Assembly: GCA_001599295.1 (NCBI GenBank)
Contig: BCGN01000004.1
Coordinates: forward strand, 624,138-688,137
Direction: 5' to 3'
DNA from: Sporopachydermia quercuum
Taxonomy: Eukaryota
DNA: 64,000 nt
Shown: positions 1-12,459 of the stretch, in pieces
Position numbering within the stretch: position 1 is the stretch's first letter
Layout: each line of letters opens with the position of its first letter
Position numbers and translations under genes: made by a program
Notes under the pieces: model-generated
The model's input: only the letters and a program-made list of their open reading frames with translations
Told to the model about the DNA's origin: nothing
Database searches by the model: none

Positions 1-625
1 AAATGGTATGTCTGCATATCTCAAGAAACAGTTAGTATGATTCTTTCCTTTTGAATATGCAAATGGAAACTGAAATCAACATGCAGATGGTGAATTGTAA
101 AAGATTAGTAACGAGGAAAAATAAATTGTCTATTAAAATATTGCAAATAATTGAATCATAATCCCAGTAGCTCAACTTTTAGCATCCCCATTCAGCAATA
201 ACTGGTAGCAGAGTTTCAATTGTTTTTAAGCTCAACGTTTTGTTTGATAGGGAAAGGATACCACCCGTTGAAGCACTGGAGCTCTGATAACTGACCACCT
301 AGTAGTACAACGAGATCTACATATATTATTTTTAAGGAATCTAGTAGAGGATTTTGTCTAGTGTTAGTGATTATTAACACACTGATTAAATTTAGAAAAT
401 ACGAAATTCGTTGGTAGACAGTTTTTAGTTTCATTGCAAGTGGAATCATTAGGTCCATAGTTAGCTCATTGACTTATTATTGTACCAGTTCAAGCATCTT
501 TTCTTTCTTTGGTACTTAATCAAGACGTGTGATAGAGAAGAAGCTTTACAACTATTGAGAAAACTATTATTGTGATTATTTAGTTGAATACCTGAGTTGA
601 ACCTGAGAAGAAAGGGTGAACTGCG

Positions 626-3142
626 ATGTCCATCTCTTTCCAGATACCAAATTTCGACGCTACAAAGTCTGAAGCATCAAATGACAAAGATGATTCTATT
701 CTTAGAGCAAACTCATTCAATAGAAGATCACGATTGAGAGATCAAGACGAAGGAAATGTCTCTCAAGAGTCTGATGATGATCATAGTCCTGTAAATGTTG
801 ATCCAATGGATGATATTGATTATTATCAATCAAGATCAAGTTCTTTCCTCCAGAGACAAAAATCAGCAGAAAAACCATCAAAATTTCAATCAAGAGTATC
901 ATTTGATACGGTTGATATTGACTATATTGATCCTTCTGATGATGAGGATCCTAGATTTGATTATGACGATCTTGATGACGATGATTTTCTTTATCGTTCA
1001 AGATCACATGAACGATCACTATCGCCGAAAGGTGGTCGCGGCAGTCTTTCATCATTTGAAGGGATGAGTTCATCTCCTTATGCGTCACCAAGAAACTTAT
1101 CCCCTGGTAGTCCTCGTGAAGTTGATAGATTTATCAAAAGCATTTCAAGGAAGGACTATCCTACGAGACCTATTGTAACACATGATGCTTGTACATTAAC
1201 TGTCATGCATCAAGATTTCGATAAACAATTTGAACTTTCAGCAGTAGCTTATAAAGATGACAATTTGAAACACCATGATCATACATACTTTATCAATTCA
1301 GATTATACCTCTCCTAACGAGAAGTCTTTCTATAAAGAAGATATTAATAATCCCCAACCGATTATTGCTAACAGACATCCCGTTCATAATACGGATGATA
1401 CGATCAAAGAAGAATCAAAAAAGGAAACAAGAAATGAAGATTCAATTGACAAGAAAGAAGTAACTGAAGAAGAGCTTGCAAAAGCCATGGAATCTCATAA
1501 TATCAAAACAGTCGTTTATAAGTATTCGCCTTTGTCTCGGATTTTCATGGTCTATATATCAGGTAGAAGACATACGTGGACAGCGTTAGATTACACGGCC
1601 AAGAAACTACTTAGAGACGGGGATGGAATTGTTATTGTTGCTGCTGTGTCACCAGGAGATATCGCGCCACGTAGATATAGCCTTGATTATTTTTCAGGCC
1701 AAGGGAGTAGGAGATCAAGCAGAAGTTTTAGTCGTTCGCTTTCACGGGATCCAAAAAGTAGAAGTCGAAGTATTGGTTCAGTTGGGAGAAGTGTCTCTCG
1801 GGCAAGTGATATGTATCAATTACGGAAAAATGAGAGAGCAGGAAGAGTTAGAAAAACAGCGAAAGACATAGTAGATTATATGTTGCATTTACTTGACGAT
1901 TCATTGAGAGTAGCCATAACAGTCGAAATTGGTGTTGGTTCTACCAATGAAATCTTGAGAGATACTTACAAACTATACCTTCCTTCTCTAATCGTCATTG
2001 GCTGTCGCAATGATGGATCTATGATGAGAAGAACCAGAAAGTCGTTCTTGGTATCTGATAGATTGGTAATGAAATCACCGGTACCAGTCATCATAGTCCC
2101 ATCGGATAATATGACCAAATTCGAAAAGCAATTATTCCCTTACTTGTATCAAGACAAAGGTTTAAAAACCGTTTCACGGACAGAAACTAGATATTCAGAG
2201 GATGAAGAGATCGATCCTAAAGTGAAGACAGATTCTATTTCTAATTTACTTAAGCCAGTAATTCGTGTGAATTCAGATTTGACGGATATATTACCTGAAA
2301 ACTCAAGTATACCTAAGATCAATTTTACTGATGATGTCTCACCTACACATTCTTTGGCCGCTGGTAAAGATTCCAATGGCAGTGATGATAAACTCGGTGA
2401 ATTGCCTTCATTTTCTTCCAGTGACGAGAAGCATGGTCCATCAAAACAGGATTCATCAGCAACGCTAAGTTCCTTATCAAGAACGCCATCCAGATCTGAA
2501 ACGAGATCTATTGGCTCTTTAGAATCTTACAAGTTTGCTGGTGATGATGGCTACAACAAAATTGATCCTGAGCAATATAAAGATCCTAATTTCTATAAAA
2601 CACGCTGTGCTAAGATTTGTGCAGACTCTATTATCACAGGACAAAAGATAATTGACGAAACACCAGTATATCGGGTTTCTTCATTATTGGGAGCTTTGCC
2701 CGATTCAAAACATAGTTCTGTTTCTACTACCCGTAAAAAGTCTACGCTAGACAGTGAAGTTCAAACGGCTCCTCCTACGCCTAAAGTTGCAACCCCTGGT
2801 TTGAAGAAAATACTTTCAGCTTCAGAAGTTACTTCTAGAGACCAAGGTGGTATTGACTCGTTANTAGCAAGGCAGCGAGAAGTAGACAGTGTTCGTAAAG
2901 CTGAAGAGCTACAGAAGCTAGACTCTTGGAATTTATCAATGCCACCTATGAATAGACATAAAAGCCACAGTGGTGTAATTTCAGAGTATTCAAAATCGAA
3001 TAAAGAAAAAGAGAAAGAAAAGGAGAGAGAAAAGGATAAAGATAGGGATAAGAATTCTAAGAAAAGTACAGGAGAAAGTAGTCTACGACCTTTCTGGAAA
3101 CGTCATGGCAGTAGAATGGGGTCAATATTTGGAAAAAAATGA
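626..3142 (+). CDS. Fungal universal-stress-protein (USP)-domain protein with long Ser/Arg-rich disordered flanks
   Basis: 838-aa ORF. The split USP-like core reads RIFMVYISGRRHTWTALDY...DGDGIVIV and LYLPSLIVIG...SDRLVMKSPVPVIIVP. An EK/DK repeat lies near the C-terminus. Confidence 0.75.
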   Translation: MSISFQIPNFDATKSEASNDKDDSILRANSFNRRSRLRDQDEGNVSQESDDDHSPVNVDPMDDIDYYQSRSSSFLQRQKSAEKPSKFQSRVSFDTVDIDYIDPSDDEDPRFDYDDLDDDDFLYRSRSHERSLSPKGGRGSLSSFEGMSSSPYASPRNLSPGSPREVDRFIKSISRKDYPTRPIVTHDACTLTVMHQDFDKQFELSAVAYKDDNLKHHDHTYFINSDYTSPNEKSFYKEDINNPQPIIANRHPVHNTDDTIKEESKKETRNEDSIDKKEVTEEELAKAMESHNIKTVVYKYSPLSRIFMVYISGRRHTWTALDYTAKKLLRDGDGIVIVAAVSPGDIAPRRYSLDYFSGQGSRRSSRSFSRSLSRDPKSRSRSIGSVGRSVSRASDMYQLRKNERAGRVRKTAKDIVDYMLHLLDDSLRVAITVEIGVGSTNEILRDTYKLYLPSLIVIGCRNDGSMMRRTRKSFLVSDRLVMKSPVPVIIVPSDNMTKFEKQLFPYLYQDKGLKTVSRTETRYSEDEEIDPKVKTDSISNLLKPVIRVNSDLTDILPENSSIPKINFTDDVSPTHSLAAGKDSNGSDDKLGELPSFSSSDEKHGPSKQDSSATLSSLSRTPSRSETRSIGSLESYKFAGDDGYNKIDPEQYKDPNFYKTRCAKICADSIITGQKIIDETPVYRVSSLLGALPDSKHSSVSTTRKKSTLDSEVQTAPPTPKVATPGLKKILSASEVTSRDQGGIDSLXARQREVDSVRKAEELQKLDSWNLSMPPMNRHKSHSGVISEYSKSNKEKEKEKEREKDKDRDKNSKKSTGESSLRPFWKRHGSRMGSIFGKK

Positions 3143-3952
3143 ATTCAACTTTGGAGTAATTTATCAGCTATATGTTTTATAGTTAAGCTATCATTAATAC
3201 CAATTTCTAACGTCATAACATGCTGTGATACGTAAAGATTTAACGATTAGAGGAAGACATATGAGTGTAATGAGAACTATCACATGACCAAATATTACGG
3301 TGCTCGAGTTTGAAGTGGGATGCTGCATGCCATTGGCACCTAATTGGGATAAGTCTTTATGCTTGTCCAAATTGTCATGTTTTGTAAGATAAAGACGTCA
3401 ATTGATGTGCTTGGAGATAATATCATAACTTCTGATTACTATTAAAATTTAATAATTGGCGTAAAATTTCATCTCATTGTTTAGGACAATACGGAGTTAC
3501 TCCAAAGAAGGAAAAATATTATCTCTCAGGTCATGGTCTTCGACCTCTTGTTCATACCTTAGGTTTGACCTCTTTGTCGTGTCTCAGGCATATCCTTCCT
3601 GAAGTGCTTTACTGCACAATCCGGCATAAAGTGCATTGTTACGCATATCTCAATAACAAAGAGGTTAATGGGTGTTATTCTCACCACCAGTAATAATCAA
3701 TTTCCATACTCAACAGTTAGTATCAAATAATTATCATTCATTATATTGAAATAGTAAGGCAAACTCCTATCGATGATATATAATATAATATTCTGTCTAC
3801 TCGAATTCAATTGCTTGTAATTTATCTGGAGTTTGATAAATATTGGTGATCTTATTAATAGTTCTTATTCTACAGCATCTATCAGCAATCTCATTTTGAC
3901 GACAAAACAAAGTCATCAATTGACAGTATACTATAACAACAGCACTTCCAAT

Positions 3953-4375
3953 ATGCTTGCTCGACAATTGACACAAGGCGTTAAGAATGCTTCTACCTCA
4001 AAAGTAGGCATGAGATTCCTGTCTTCTTCTTCAATGAAGTTGAATCAAGCAACAGTAGTGGTTACACCAAAGAANGGCCGAACAGGCGGAATCAAGAAGG
4101 GGTATGTGATAATGATCTGATCAAAGAAAGCCAAATAACGTAACGCAGATATTTGAGATCTCTATTACTACTTTCAGCACTAGCTTACTAACAATTAATA
4201 ATCTTGTGTATACAGATTCGTTGGGTTTCTACTTGGTGCTTCAATTGCTGGAGCTTCATCATACTATTATGTACTAGATGAGTTCAAGACAGCTAACTCA
4301 TTGATTGTGGCCGATGTTGTTGCATTACAAGAGTCAATTTCCAAGCTGGAAGAAAAGATTGAAGCTAAGAAATAA
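3953..4375 (+). CDS. Small conserved fungal mitochondrial membrane protein of unknown function; exons 3953-4101 and 4216-4375
   Basis: Presequence-like N-terminus (MLARQL...RFLSSS). Donor GTATGT at 4102, branch TACTAAC near 4186, acceptor CAG at 4215. The spliced product reads GGIKKGFVGFLLGASIAGASSYYYVLDEFKTANSLIVADVVALQESISKLEEKIEAKK*, i.e. a TM helix plus coiled coil. Confidence 0.8.
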
Positions 4376-4961
4376 GTATCCATGTTCATAACTTTTGAGA
4401 AAGGGCAAATAAGAAAAAGAGAATGAGATGTTTTGCATGATGAGGGTTTAAAATGTACGAGGAGTAAGCGGCTTTTATCAGGATTTGAGGCACTTGAATA
4501 AAACAGACACATCCTCTGCAGACTTACACAGTATGATGATAATAAGACATAAGATAAGACAATCAGACAGTTATTGACATTTCCAAAGCCATAAACTGTT
4601 TGCGACATGGTATACAACTAATGTACAGATTTTGAGAGCGCACAATATACAATTTTGATCGTAGAACAATCATTTTCTAANATCATTTGGTTTTGATAAT
4701 CATCAAGTTTTCCCGGTTTCAAGATAATAAGAATGGAGAGGATTGGAGTTTGACCGATGATTGAACAGAGAAACAAGCATTCAATAGATACTTGAGAGAA
4801 ATGATATTCTGCATTAATCCGCATGTTAAATAAAACAAATGCCATTTCCAATCATTTTATCAATAGAATGATGCCTAACAGCTTAATAACCTCTCAAATC
4901 CATTCGGCCTCCAATCCTTTTATCTTCTCTGATCTGATCTGATCTTACTGGCAATAGAAAA

Positions 4962-7326
4962 TCATATAATATTAACGGTTGTACCAGACCATTCCCAGGC
5001 TTTCATAATTTCACCATTCACTACAACTGGAACGTTCCTAACTTCTGGTGTTTCACTGACATTCGTAACAGCAAAATTCCATATAAGAATCTTACGCGAA
5101 TCTAAAAATTCGTCATCAAATTTCAAGAGAGCATCTTTAGCTTGAACTTGTAAAACTTTCGATGAGACTTTTGAGTCATCACCTTTTTCTGCAGACACAA
5201 TTGAAAGTAGTTTCCTTGTTCTTAAAAGTTCAATAATATCATTGGTAATTCTATTGACAGCCTGAATAACCTTTTCATCTTCATTTTCCAATTTTGGTCC
5301 ACCAAAGGCTTCCCTATTCCGTAGCTGTGATGACTTTATGGCAACNACACCAATGTATATCATTGATAGAACTAATAGGAAACAAACAATAATTAGAAGG
5401 AAACTCTTGTTGACGCTCGCAATTCTTGCAAAGCCGAGGGAGCTTCTATCGATGGTGTATGCAATGGTAGAATTGATGTAAACTGAGCCGATATCGTAGA
5501 GCTTAATGTTGGCGGAGTTGACAATGTTCCCGAGGTTGTCGTAGAGCTATAAATTTTCAGTTGGTTAATAAACTATAAATCATAGTGGAAAAAAGAACCC
5601 TATATAACAAGTGTCATAGGAATCAAACATTTTCTTGCCTTACTTGAATGTCGGAAAACGTAGACAATAATTCAGTGCCTCTATCAACTAATTCGCTAAC
5701 TTTCGAATCTTCCCAAGAGGATTTGATAGCTAACTTCACGCTATTCACAACTTCCTTCAAAGTAATGTCGGTTTCACGAATTTTTTGAAGTCTCTGNCCA
5801 ACCGCTGTTCTCACTATATATACCATAGAATCAGCTACAACTGCAGAGTCCTCATCAGTATACAAATTTTTTGGTTTGGATTGCGTCAACTGTCGTATCA
5901 ATTGAGAGACTTGATCGTAGAATCTGCTCAATACTTCGGTAGTTGACTGATAATATGATAGGAGCAATTCTAAAGCAGAATCTTTTATTTTAATCAAATT
6001 GATTGCAATGAGATAATATACCCAGCAAATGTTCTTTATTATAGGTTCAATGTGGTTTCCAACAAGATCTTGATACAAGTAACTGTAGATGAAAAAAGTA
6101 ATGACTGATGATAACATCAGGATACCTATTATGAGATCAAGGTTCCTAACAAGCATGTTTTCCTCTAAGTCTTTCAATTCATATGCGGACATAGAATCTA
6201 AGATCCTCCCATTACTGGTTTCGTCAGCCGAAACCTCGTTTGTTTCTTCTTCGATAGATTTTTTGGTCGCTGGTGTTCCTTGTTCTACAGTAGACTTAAG
6301 AAACGGGGCAGGAGCAGTTGCAGCAGGTAAATCTATAACAACGACATCATCATCAGCACCATCAGATCCATTTTCAAATTCAGGTACACTTTCAGATTGA
6401 GTAGATGGCATTTTATCTGGCAAAGGCTCTTCTCTCAGATAATCAGCTAAACTAACTTCCTTGGTTGACTCTCGAGGAGCTTCTGTTTGAGCGACAGGAG
6501 AATGCAGGGCAGCTTCTTTTCCAAATGGAACAGGTGATTCATGTACGGGTTCCTCCACCACTACAGAACTAATACTTGGATTTACCAGTTCTGGATTTTG
6601 AAGCTTTCTAGGACTGAAATGTTTCGTAACAAATGCTAAGTCATCATCAGGTTCACTTGGTGGCGTACTAGGACTATCAAACTTGGTTTGTTTCAATGTT
6701 GACTCTGTTTGCTGTTTCTTTGGCGCTAAGTCTTTAACAGGACCTTTTTCTGATTTTCTTTTTCTTGAAGAAACTTTCCGCTTTGAAGGTGAAACTGGTT
6801 CTTCTTCCAAGCCTAGTTTTTTAGTACCTGATGTTTTTCTAGGAGATCTTCTAACAGGGCTAACCGAATTTCTTGAACTAACTCTCTTTGATGGAGATCT
6901 TTCTCTAGTAGATCGTTTGGGTGCATGAAGCGTTTCTTCATTTTCCTCTTCAACCTTATGACTAGATCTTGCGACAGGAGATCTCGATCTTGTTCGTCTA
7001 GAAATAGTCTCCGGAGGAGCTAAACTAGGAGCTTCCTTAAGTTTCAATTCAATAGGCTCTTCTAGCTTGACATGCTTTCTAGATCTTGCTGGTGATCTTG
7101 ATCTGCTTGGACGTTCATCAACTATCTCATTGCGATCTTCAACCTTGGTGACATGTTTACTATCTGATCTCAAAGGTACAATATGTTTATTGAAGAGTTG
7201 AAGCAGTTCTTTTTTCACTAGGCTTTTGGGAACATCAATTCCGTGCTCACTCAGAATACTATACAGTTCTGTTTTCCTAAGCCGCGAAGGATCAAAATCC
7301 GCACTTAAATACTCTTGACTTTCCAT
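4962..7326 (-). CDS. SRC1: Inner nuclear membrane LEM/HeH-MSC protein (Src1/Heh1-Heh2 family); exons 7326-5644 and 5546-4962, about 755 aa
   Basis: N-terminal HeH/LEM motif EYLSADFDPSRLRKTELYSILSEHGI and a first TM helix. A 97-nt intron (GTAAGG...TATTAAC...TAG) joins in frame to a second TM helix and the MSC-like tail VNGEIMKAWEW. Confidence 0.8.
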
Positions 7327-8019
7327 TATGTTATCCTTATAGCCGCTGAGATAAAAGTATCAAGCCAACAATTAAAAATTCACTCTTTTATTTTGAACTC
7401 AGTAGTCTAATACTTTGTCCACATAAGCAGTTGTCAATCATTCACTATATGATTTCATCAAATAAATTGTCAACACAACTGAAATGTAAGAATGAAATCA
7501 TCAATTTGATTAGTATATCTTATGTCCTCGAAATAATAAATCACATCCTGATCTTCCAAACAAATAAACAGGAAGCATAGCTCTCTCCCAAAAGGGAACT
7601 TGATTTGTTTTCCATTTGTTTACCTTTTNCAGGGTAAAAAAAACATAAGAAACAAATAGGGCAGGCCGAGACACAATGTAAATAGGGTTCAGAGCGACAG
7701 ACAAGACAAGACAATACGGTTAAGGTTTATGTAAAGATTCAGAGTTCTGTACCGTTTAGGATGGAACTAAAAGAATTTGTTTGAAGGTGCATATTTATAC
7801 ATATTTATGCATATGTAGGAGCACGGTTGATTAAGTATTCAGAAATTCAATATCCCAGTCCATTGTATAGATAACGGGAGTAGTTAGCTGTCAATAGATA
7901 CGATGATAACAGTTGATATTTCATGAGCATATTTTTGTATTAGAGAGTGTATGATAGGCCAGCTAACTGTAATTTGTGTTTTATTGAAAGAAATCAGTAG
8001 TCAGAATTTAGTCTTAAAA

Positions 8020-9072
8020 ATGGAAGGAAGAAGTAGCACTATGGATGCTAGAACGCCAACTAGTAACGCAACAGGATCTTTGGGATTGTCATCAGAATCA
8101 GCAGGAAGAACAAATGAAGAAGTTCCAGCGATACAATTGATTAATCCACTAGGATTACCTGTAAAAGATGGGAAATTAAGTGCGAAAGAACACAGAAGTG
8201 CATTAAGACAATACTACCGTTTAAAAGGAACTGGGGATACGGGTTCACCAACTGGGAATTTGGGGGATGGCTCAAGTATTTCTCTAACGTCGTCAAGATC
8301 GTCTCTTGAAGGAGGAGCGACTCCTTCGATTATAAGCAGTAGGAGGTCGATACAAAGAGATTTTAACGACAATGCTACATTTAGAGGTCGTAATAGCATA
8401 GGGTCAATCAGTGAGGCAGATCCATCGGAGTTTGATACTAGTAGGAGCAATTCATCTATTTTTGCTTCAGAAGAAAACGTTACGATTGATCTTGAGGAAA
8501 TAGAGCAAGATGGCTTTGACAAAGACGAATTGATAACTAAGATTTTAGAAAAGACGACATTGGGGAAATTATTATCAGTGCAAAATCAACTTTCGGGAGA
8601 AATCCGGTCGTTGAATAGTGAGCAAAAGTCCCTGGTATATAACAACTATTACAAATTGATTGCTGCCTCGGATAGTCTGAAGAAAATGGAAGAAGATATG
8701 TCTAACAGACTTCCTGATACTAATCATTTGAAAGGGTTACTCTCAGATATATCAAACCAAGTTCAAGCTTTGAAGAAGATGCCCGATCCATTGAAAGGGT
8801 TGATTCGTAGTTCTACGGATAAAGAATCTTCGGCAGAACCAACAATTACGCTTTTACTATCAATTTTGAACTCTGAGAAAGATGATCCCGATCAATGTAA
8901 AAAATTGAATGTGGATATAGATTATCTTGAAGGTTTGGTAGCAAGTCTAGATGACAATCAGCATTCGGTGTACAAACAACAATTGGAGAATTTCATGATC
9001 AAAGTAAAGAAAGATATACCAACGATTAACGAACAAAACGAATCACAAATATCCCTTCCACTTAATAATTAA
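8020..9072 (+). CDS. VPS51: GARP complex subunit Vps51/Ang2
   Basis: Motifs RSALRQYYRLK and EIRSLNSEQKSLVYNNYYKLIAASDSLKKM. The start is uncertain (7951, 8020 or 8041). Confidence 0.85.
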   Translation: MEGRSSTMDARTPTSNATGSLGLSSESAGRTNEEVPAIQLINPLGLPVKDGKLSAKEHRSALRQYYRLKGTGDTGSPTGNLGDGSSISLTSSRSSLEGGATPSIISSRRSIQRDFNDNATFRGRNSIGSISEADPSEFDTSRSNSSIFASEENVTIDLEEIEQDGFDKDELITKILEKTTLGKLLSVQNQLSGEIRSLNSEQKSLVYNNYYKLIAASDSLKKMEEDMSNRLPDTNHLKGLLSDISNQVQALKKMPDPLKGLIRSSTDKESSAEPTITLLLSILNSEKDDPDQCKKLNVDIDYLEGLVASLDDNQHSVYKQQLENFMIKVKKDIPTINEQNESQISLPLNN

Positions 9073-9236
9073 TGTATATAGTACATACTGTGGAATATGG
9101 AACTCTCTCAGCCCTCCCATAATAAGGTATTCCATAGTTGTTTTTCTGAGTCTAATGTATATGAATACAAATGTATCAAGCGCGTAAGTATCATTATAAG
9201 ACTCCAAATTGATAAATCATATGAATGCTAATAACA

Positions 9237-9461
9237 TCATGGTGATTTCTTGAAATATGAGGATTTAGATGCAAAGTCAACTGAGTAATCTAAGACCCAT
9301 TCTCCACAATCCAAGTACTTCTTAGCAACAGATTTGATGTTTTCTTCAGGAATCAAATCTATCCTAGGCGAGTAACCGGAAATTCTTTTTATCCCTGCTA
9401 GTCCAGCTGAAACCAGCAATAAATCAGCCGAATAATGTACAATCTTTCCAAGGGATGGCAT
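9237..9461 (-). CDS. Small DUF1748-family fungal protein (74 aa)
   Basis: LGKIVHYSADLLLVSAGLAGIKR...YLDCGEWVLD...SSYF matches the family pattern. Confidence 0.8.
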   Translation of the reverse strand: MPSLGKIVHYSADLLLVSAGLAGIKRISGYSPRIDLIPEENIKSVAKKYLDCGEWVLDYSVDFASKSSYFKKSP

Positions 9462-10463
9462 CTTCTTTCAGNACAAAAATTCTATCCAACCAACTTGTAA
9501 GCGATGAAACCTTTGAGCAATGGTAAATCTAATATATTCTATCTGTTAGACACCATAATTGATTGTGAGTAATGTAATAAAATCAAAAAATTCAAGCTAA
9601 ACAATTTCCATATTTTTAGTCTCACTGTANTAATCACTTTACGTGATCACCGTTCTTGATTCATTCATTTAATAAGACAAGATGGTGGAGGCAACTTCTA
9701 ATAAGAGTAATTAATCTGACAACTTCTTCAATAGTCCTTTGAACTTACTTCTTATATTTTAGATGAAAACTAAAAGTTTCTAACCAATTTAAAGTAGTAT
9801 GAACATATTCAATTAAGAGTGTACTACCTTTCTCTCTTTCCTCTTATTATTGTGCACTTTTGAACCTGCGCCATAAGCAATAATATACTCACAAGAGATC
9901 GATCTTACCCTTTCCGTTATGCGACCACCCGTAAGCAACCTTCATTTGCTTCAAGAAGATGCTGATCCTTGATGATTACCTAATCAGGTCTAAAGAAACT
10001 AGATTTCGGAAACAATCTCGAAATGAATCTATCTTCCCTTCTAGTAAATATGCTAACTAGTCTTGAATAGGTAATTAATTGCATTCAAGTGAAAATATCA
10101 GTCGGCACAGGGCAAGGAATATGATAACTTGTATAACCAATGGCCTAACTAAATCAGCATAATGCTGCTGGTTTGGAGTCAACAAGTCAGAATTAACAGT
10201 AATTTGGTTTGGCTTGAAGTTTAGAATGTTTCCAATCTTTGTTGAGTCAATTATGATGTTTACTGGTTACGAAAACGAACTGAGCATTGGACAATGTCTC
10301 TATGTGGAAGCAATTGCTACTTCCAGCTAGCACCTATAAAGTAAGAAATACCAGAATAATACTTTGGAACTCAACTCCACAATGTCTATTGATAACTAAA
10401 AAACTTGGAAAAATAAAGAAAAGAATATAACGAACTAAAATGACAAAAACATGAAAAGACTCT

Positions 10464-12149
10464 TTAATACAAGAATTTATATGCAAAAGCAGCAAAACCA
10501 GATGTCGGTAGAGGGTTGTTAATGTTTTCTTCTATCTCTTCCTTATCAATGATTTCCTTACCACTAAATAAATCTGCCTCAGTTGACTTTCTGAACTTAG
10601 TCTTCTTGTAGAATTTCCAAAAGAAATATAGAACAAAGAAGAAAACATCAGCGAAGTAGTATGTAAACAAGCCCGAAACTGTGAATTTTCCTGGGAAGAA
10701 AATATGGAAACCTGAAAAAAACAGGATAAGAATAGCTAAAAACATTCCGAAGTAAGCATGATATGGTGACATGTTAAATGGAGCATTGTAGTACAAGTTC
10801 TTGTAACCAACTCCTTGATCAATGACAGCTTTCCTAAATCTTAAGTATGTGTAGAAAGTACATACATATAGAATAAGCATAGCAGTAGTTCCAAGATTAA
10901 CAAACCAATTGAAAACTTCAACAGTGCTGTTAGAAGTGGTCAAAAAACTCACACAAGAGATAAGACTGACCAATAAAACACAGTAAATCGGAACACCATT
11001 CTTGAGACATTTAGCAAGTATCTTTGGAGCGTAACCTGCCAAAGATAACGAATAGAAGGCACGAGACGAGCTATAGACATAAGTATTACCACAGGACCAA
11101 GCAGAAGTCATGATCAAAGCATTGATTAATTGATCTAAACCTTTAACGCCTAAAGTCTCGATACCCATAACCCATGGAGACATACCAGCACCGGATGCAC
11201 CATTTTCATANGCTTCCAGAAGTAAAGGGTTATTTGAGGCACATAAGGTGTTCATGAAGAAGATACCTAAAACATAAAAAAGAACAATACGGATGTAAGC
11301 CTTTCTACCACCAGCAGGAATAACCTTTCTTGGATGTTGGACTTCACCAGCAACCATCATTAAAACATCAGCACCACCAACGGCAAAAGCAGCGTAAATA
11401 AGAACTGACCAGAAAGCAAGGAATTTACCAGTATTACCAGGAACGAGATATTCATGAACTAATCCACCTTGCTTCCAGTTACTGAAACCATATGCATGAT
11501 GTTGAGGATTGGCACCACACATTGTGATCAGAGTGAAAAGCATTAAACCAACAATGAGTAATACCTTGAATGAACAACCAATGAATTCAGATTCCCCATA
11601 GTATTTAACAGCAGAAATNTTCAAAACAAGTGATAATACAATTGAAATAGCAATCCAAGCCCCAGGGTTGATGTCTGTCCAATATCCAATAACACCAGCT
11701 ACTGCTGTGAATTCAATACAAACGAACATCGTGGCACCATAAGCGTACATCCATCCAACAGAAAAACCAAGAGCTGGATCAACCCATCTCGCAGAGTAAT
11801 GGAAAATTGAACCGTTGATAGGTAACCAGGAACACATCTCTGCAATACATAATAATAATGACCACATAACGAAAATAGCGTAGATAAAGAAACCAACCAA
11901 TAAAGGAACTGGACCAGCATTGATCAGAGGTGTAGACACACCAATGAAAAGACCAGTTCCAATGGCACCTCCAATAACAATCAAACTAACATGTCTTGGA
12001 TTTAAACCTCTGTGGGTTCTCCCATGAGTCTCTGGATCCCATCTATCATGAAAATCATTTGGTACTGAGGTGGGAATGATTGGAACAATTACACTCCCCT
12101 CCGATACTGAATCAGTATTCACCAACACGGCTTCTTTTGTAGAATCCAT
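10464..12149 (-). CDS. APC-superfamily yeast amino-acid permease (Agp2/Put4-like)
   Basis: RGLNPRHVSLIVIGGAIGTGLF, YGESEF and AGEVQHPRK motifs, about 12 hydrophobic segments, 561 aa. Confidence 0.92.
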   Translation of the reverse strand: MDSTKEAVLVNTDSVSEGSVIVPIIPTSVPNDFHDRWDPETHGRTHRGLNPRHVSLIVIGGAIGTGLFIGVSTPLINAGPVPLLVGFFIYAIFVMWSLLLCIAEMCSWLPINGSIFHYSARWVDPALGFSVGWMYAYGATMFVCIEFTAVAGVIGYWTDINPGAWIAISIVLSLVLXISAVKYYGESEFIGCSFKVLLIVGLMLFTLITMCGANPQHHAYGFSNWKQGGLVHEYLVPGNTGKFLAFWSVLIYAAFAVGGADVLMMVAGEVQHPRKVIPAGGRKAYIRIVLFYVLGIFFMNTLCASNNPLLLEXYENGASGAGMSPWVMGIETLGVKGLDQLINALIMTSAWSCGNTYVYSSSRAFYSLSLAGYAPKILAKCLKNGVPIYCVLLVSLISCVSFLTTSNSTVEVFNWFVNLGTTAMLILYVCTFYTYLRFRKAVIDQGVGYKNLYYNAPFNMSPYHAYFGMFLAILILFFSGFHIFFPGKFTVSGLFTYYFADVFFFVLYFFWKFYKKTKFRKSTEADLFSGKEIIDKEEIEENINNPLPTSGFAAFAYKFLY

Positions 12150-12459
12150 TGTTTAAGATTTATGTGTGGTATTTGTTGTTGTATGTGCAGATAATAAAAA
12201 ATTATCAAAATTAAATAAAGTTGATAGCCTTTTTATTCAGCCGATCCTTTTTGGTTTGACGGGGTAGGAAGAAAATGTTATAAAAAACCTTACTCTAACA
12301 ATTCTCTATAGCCAGCTACTTTGAATTAGTTGAATAAAGAATAATCTGCTTGAAGTTGTTAGCTGCAGCAGTTGATTGGAATGATGATGAGTTATTTAAT
12401 TTCCAATAAAAATGAAAACTTGAAATGAATCAATCACGATGGAAAAGGCATGGATAGTC

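Noticed and set aside
3..11. ATG followed directly by GTATGT at the window start
   Set aside because: No acceptor links it in frame to the ORF at 626, which has an in-frame TGA just upstream. The context outside the window is unknown.
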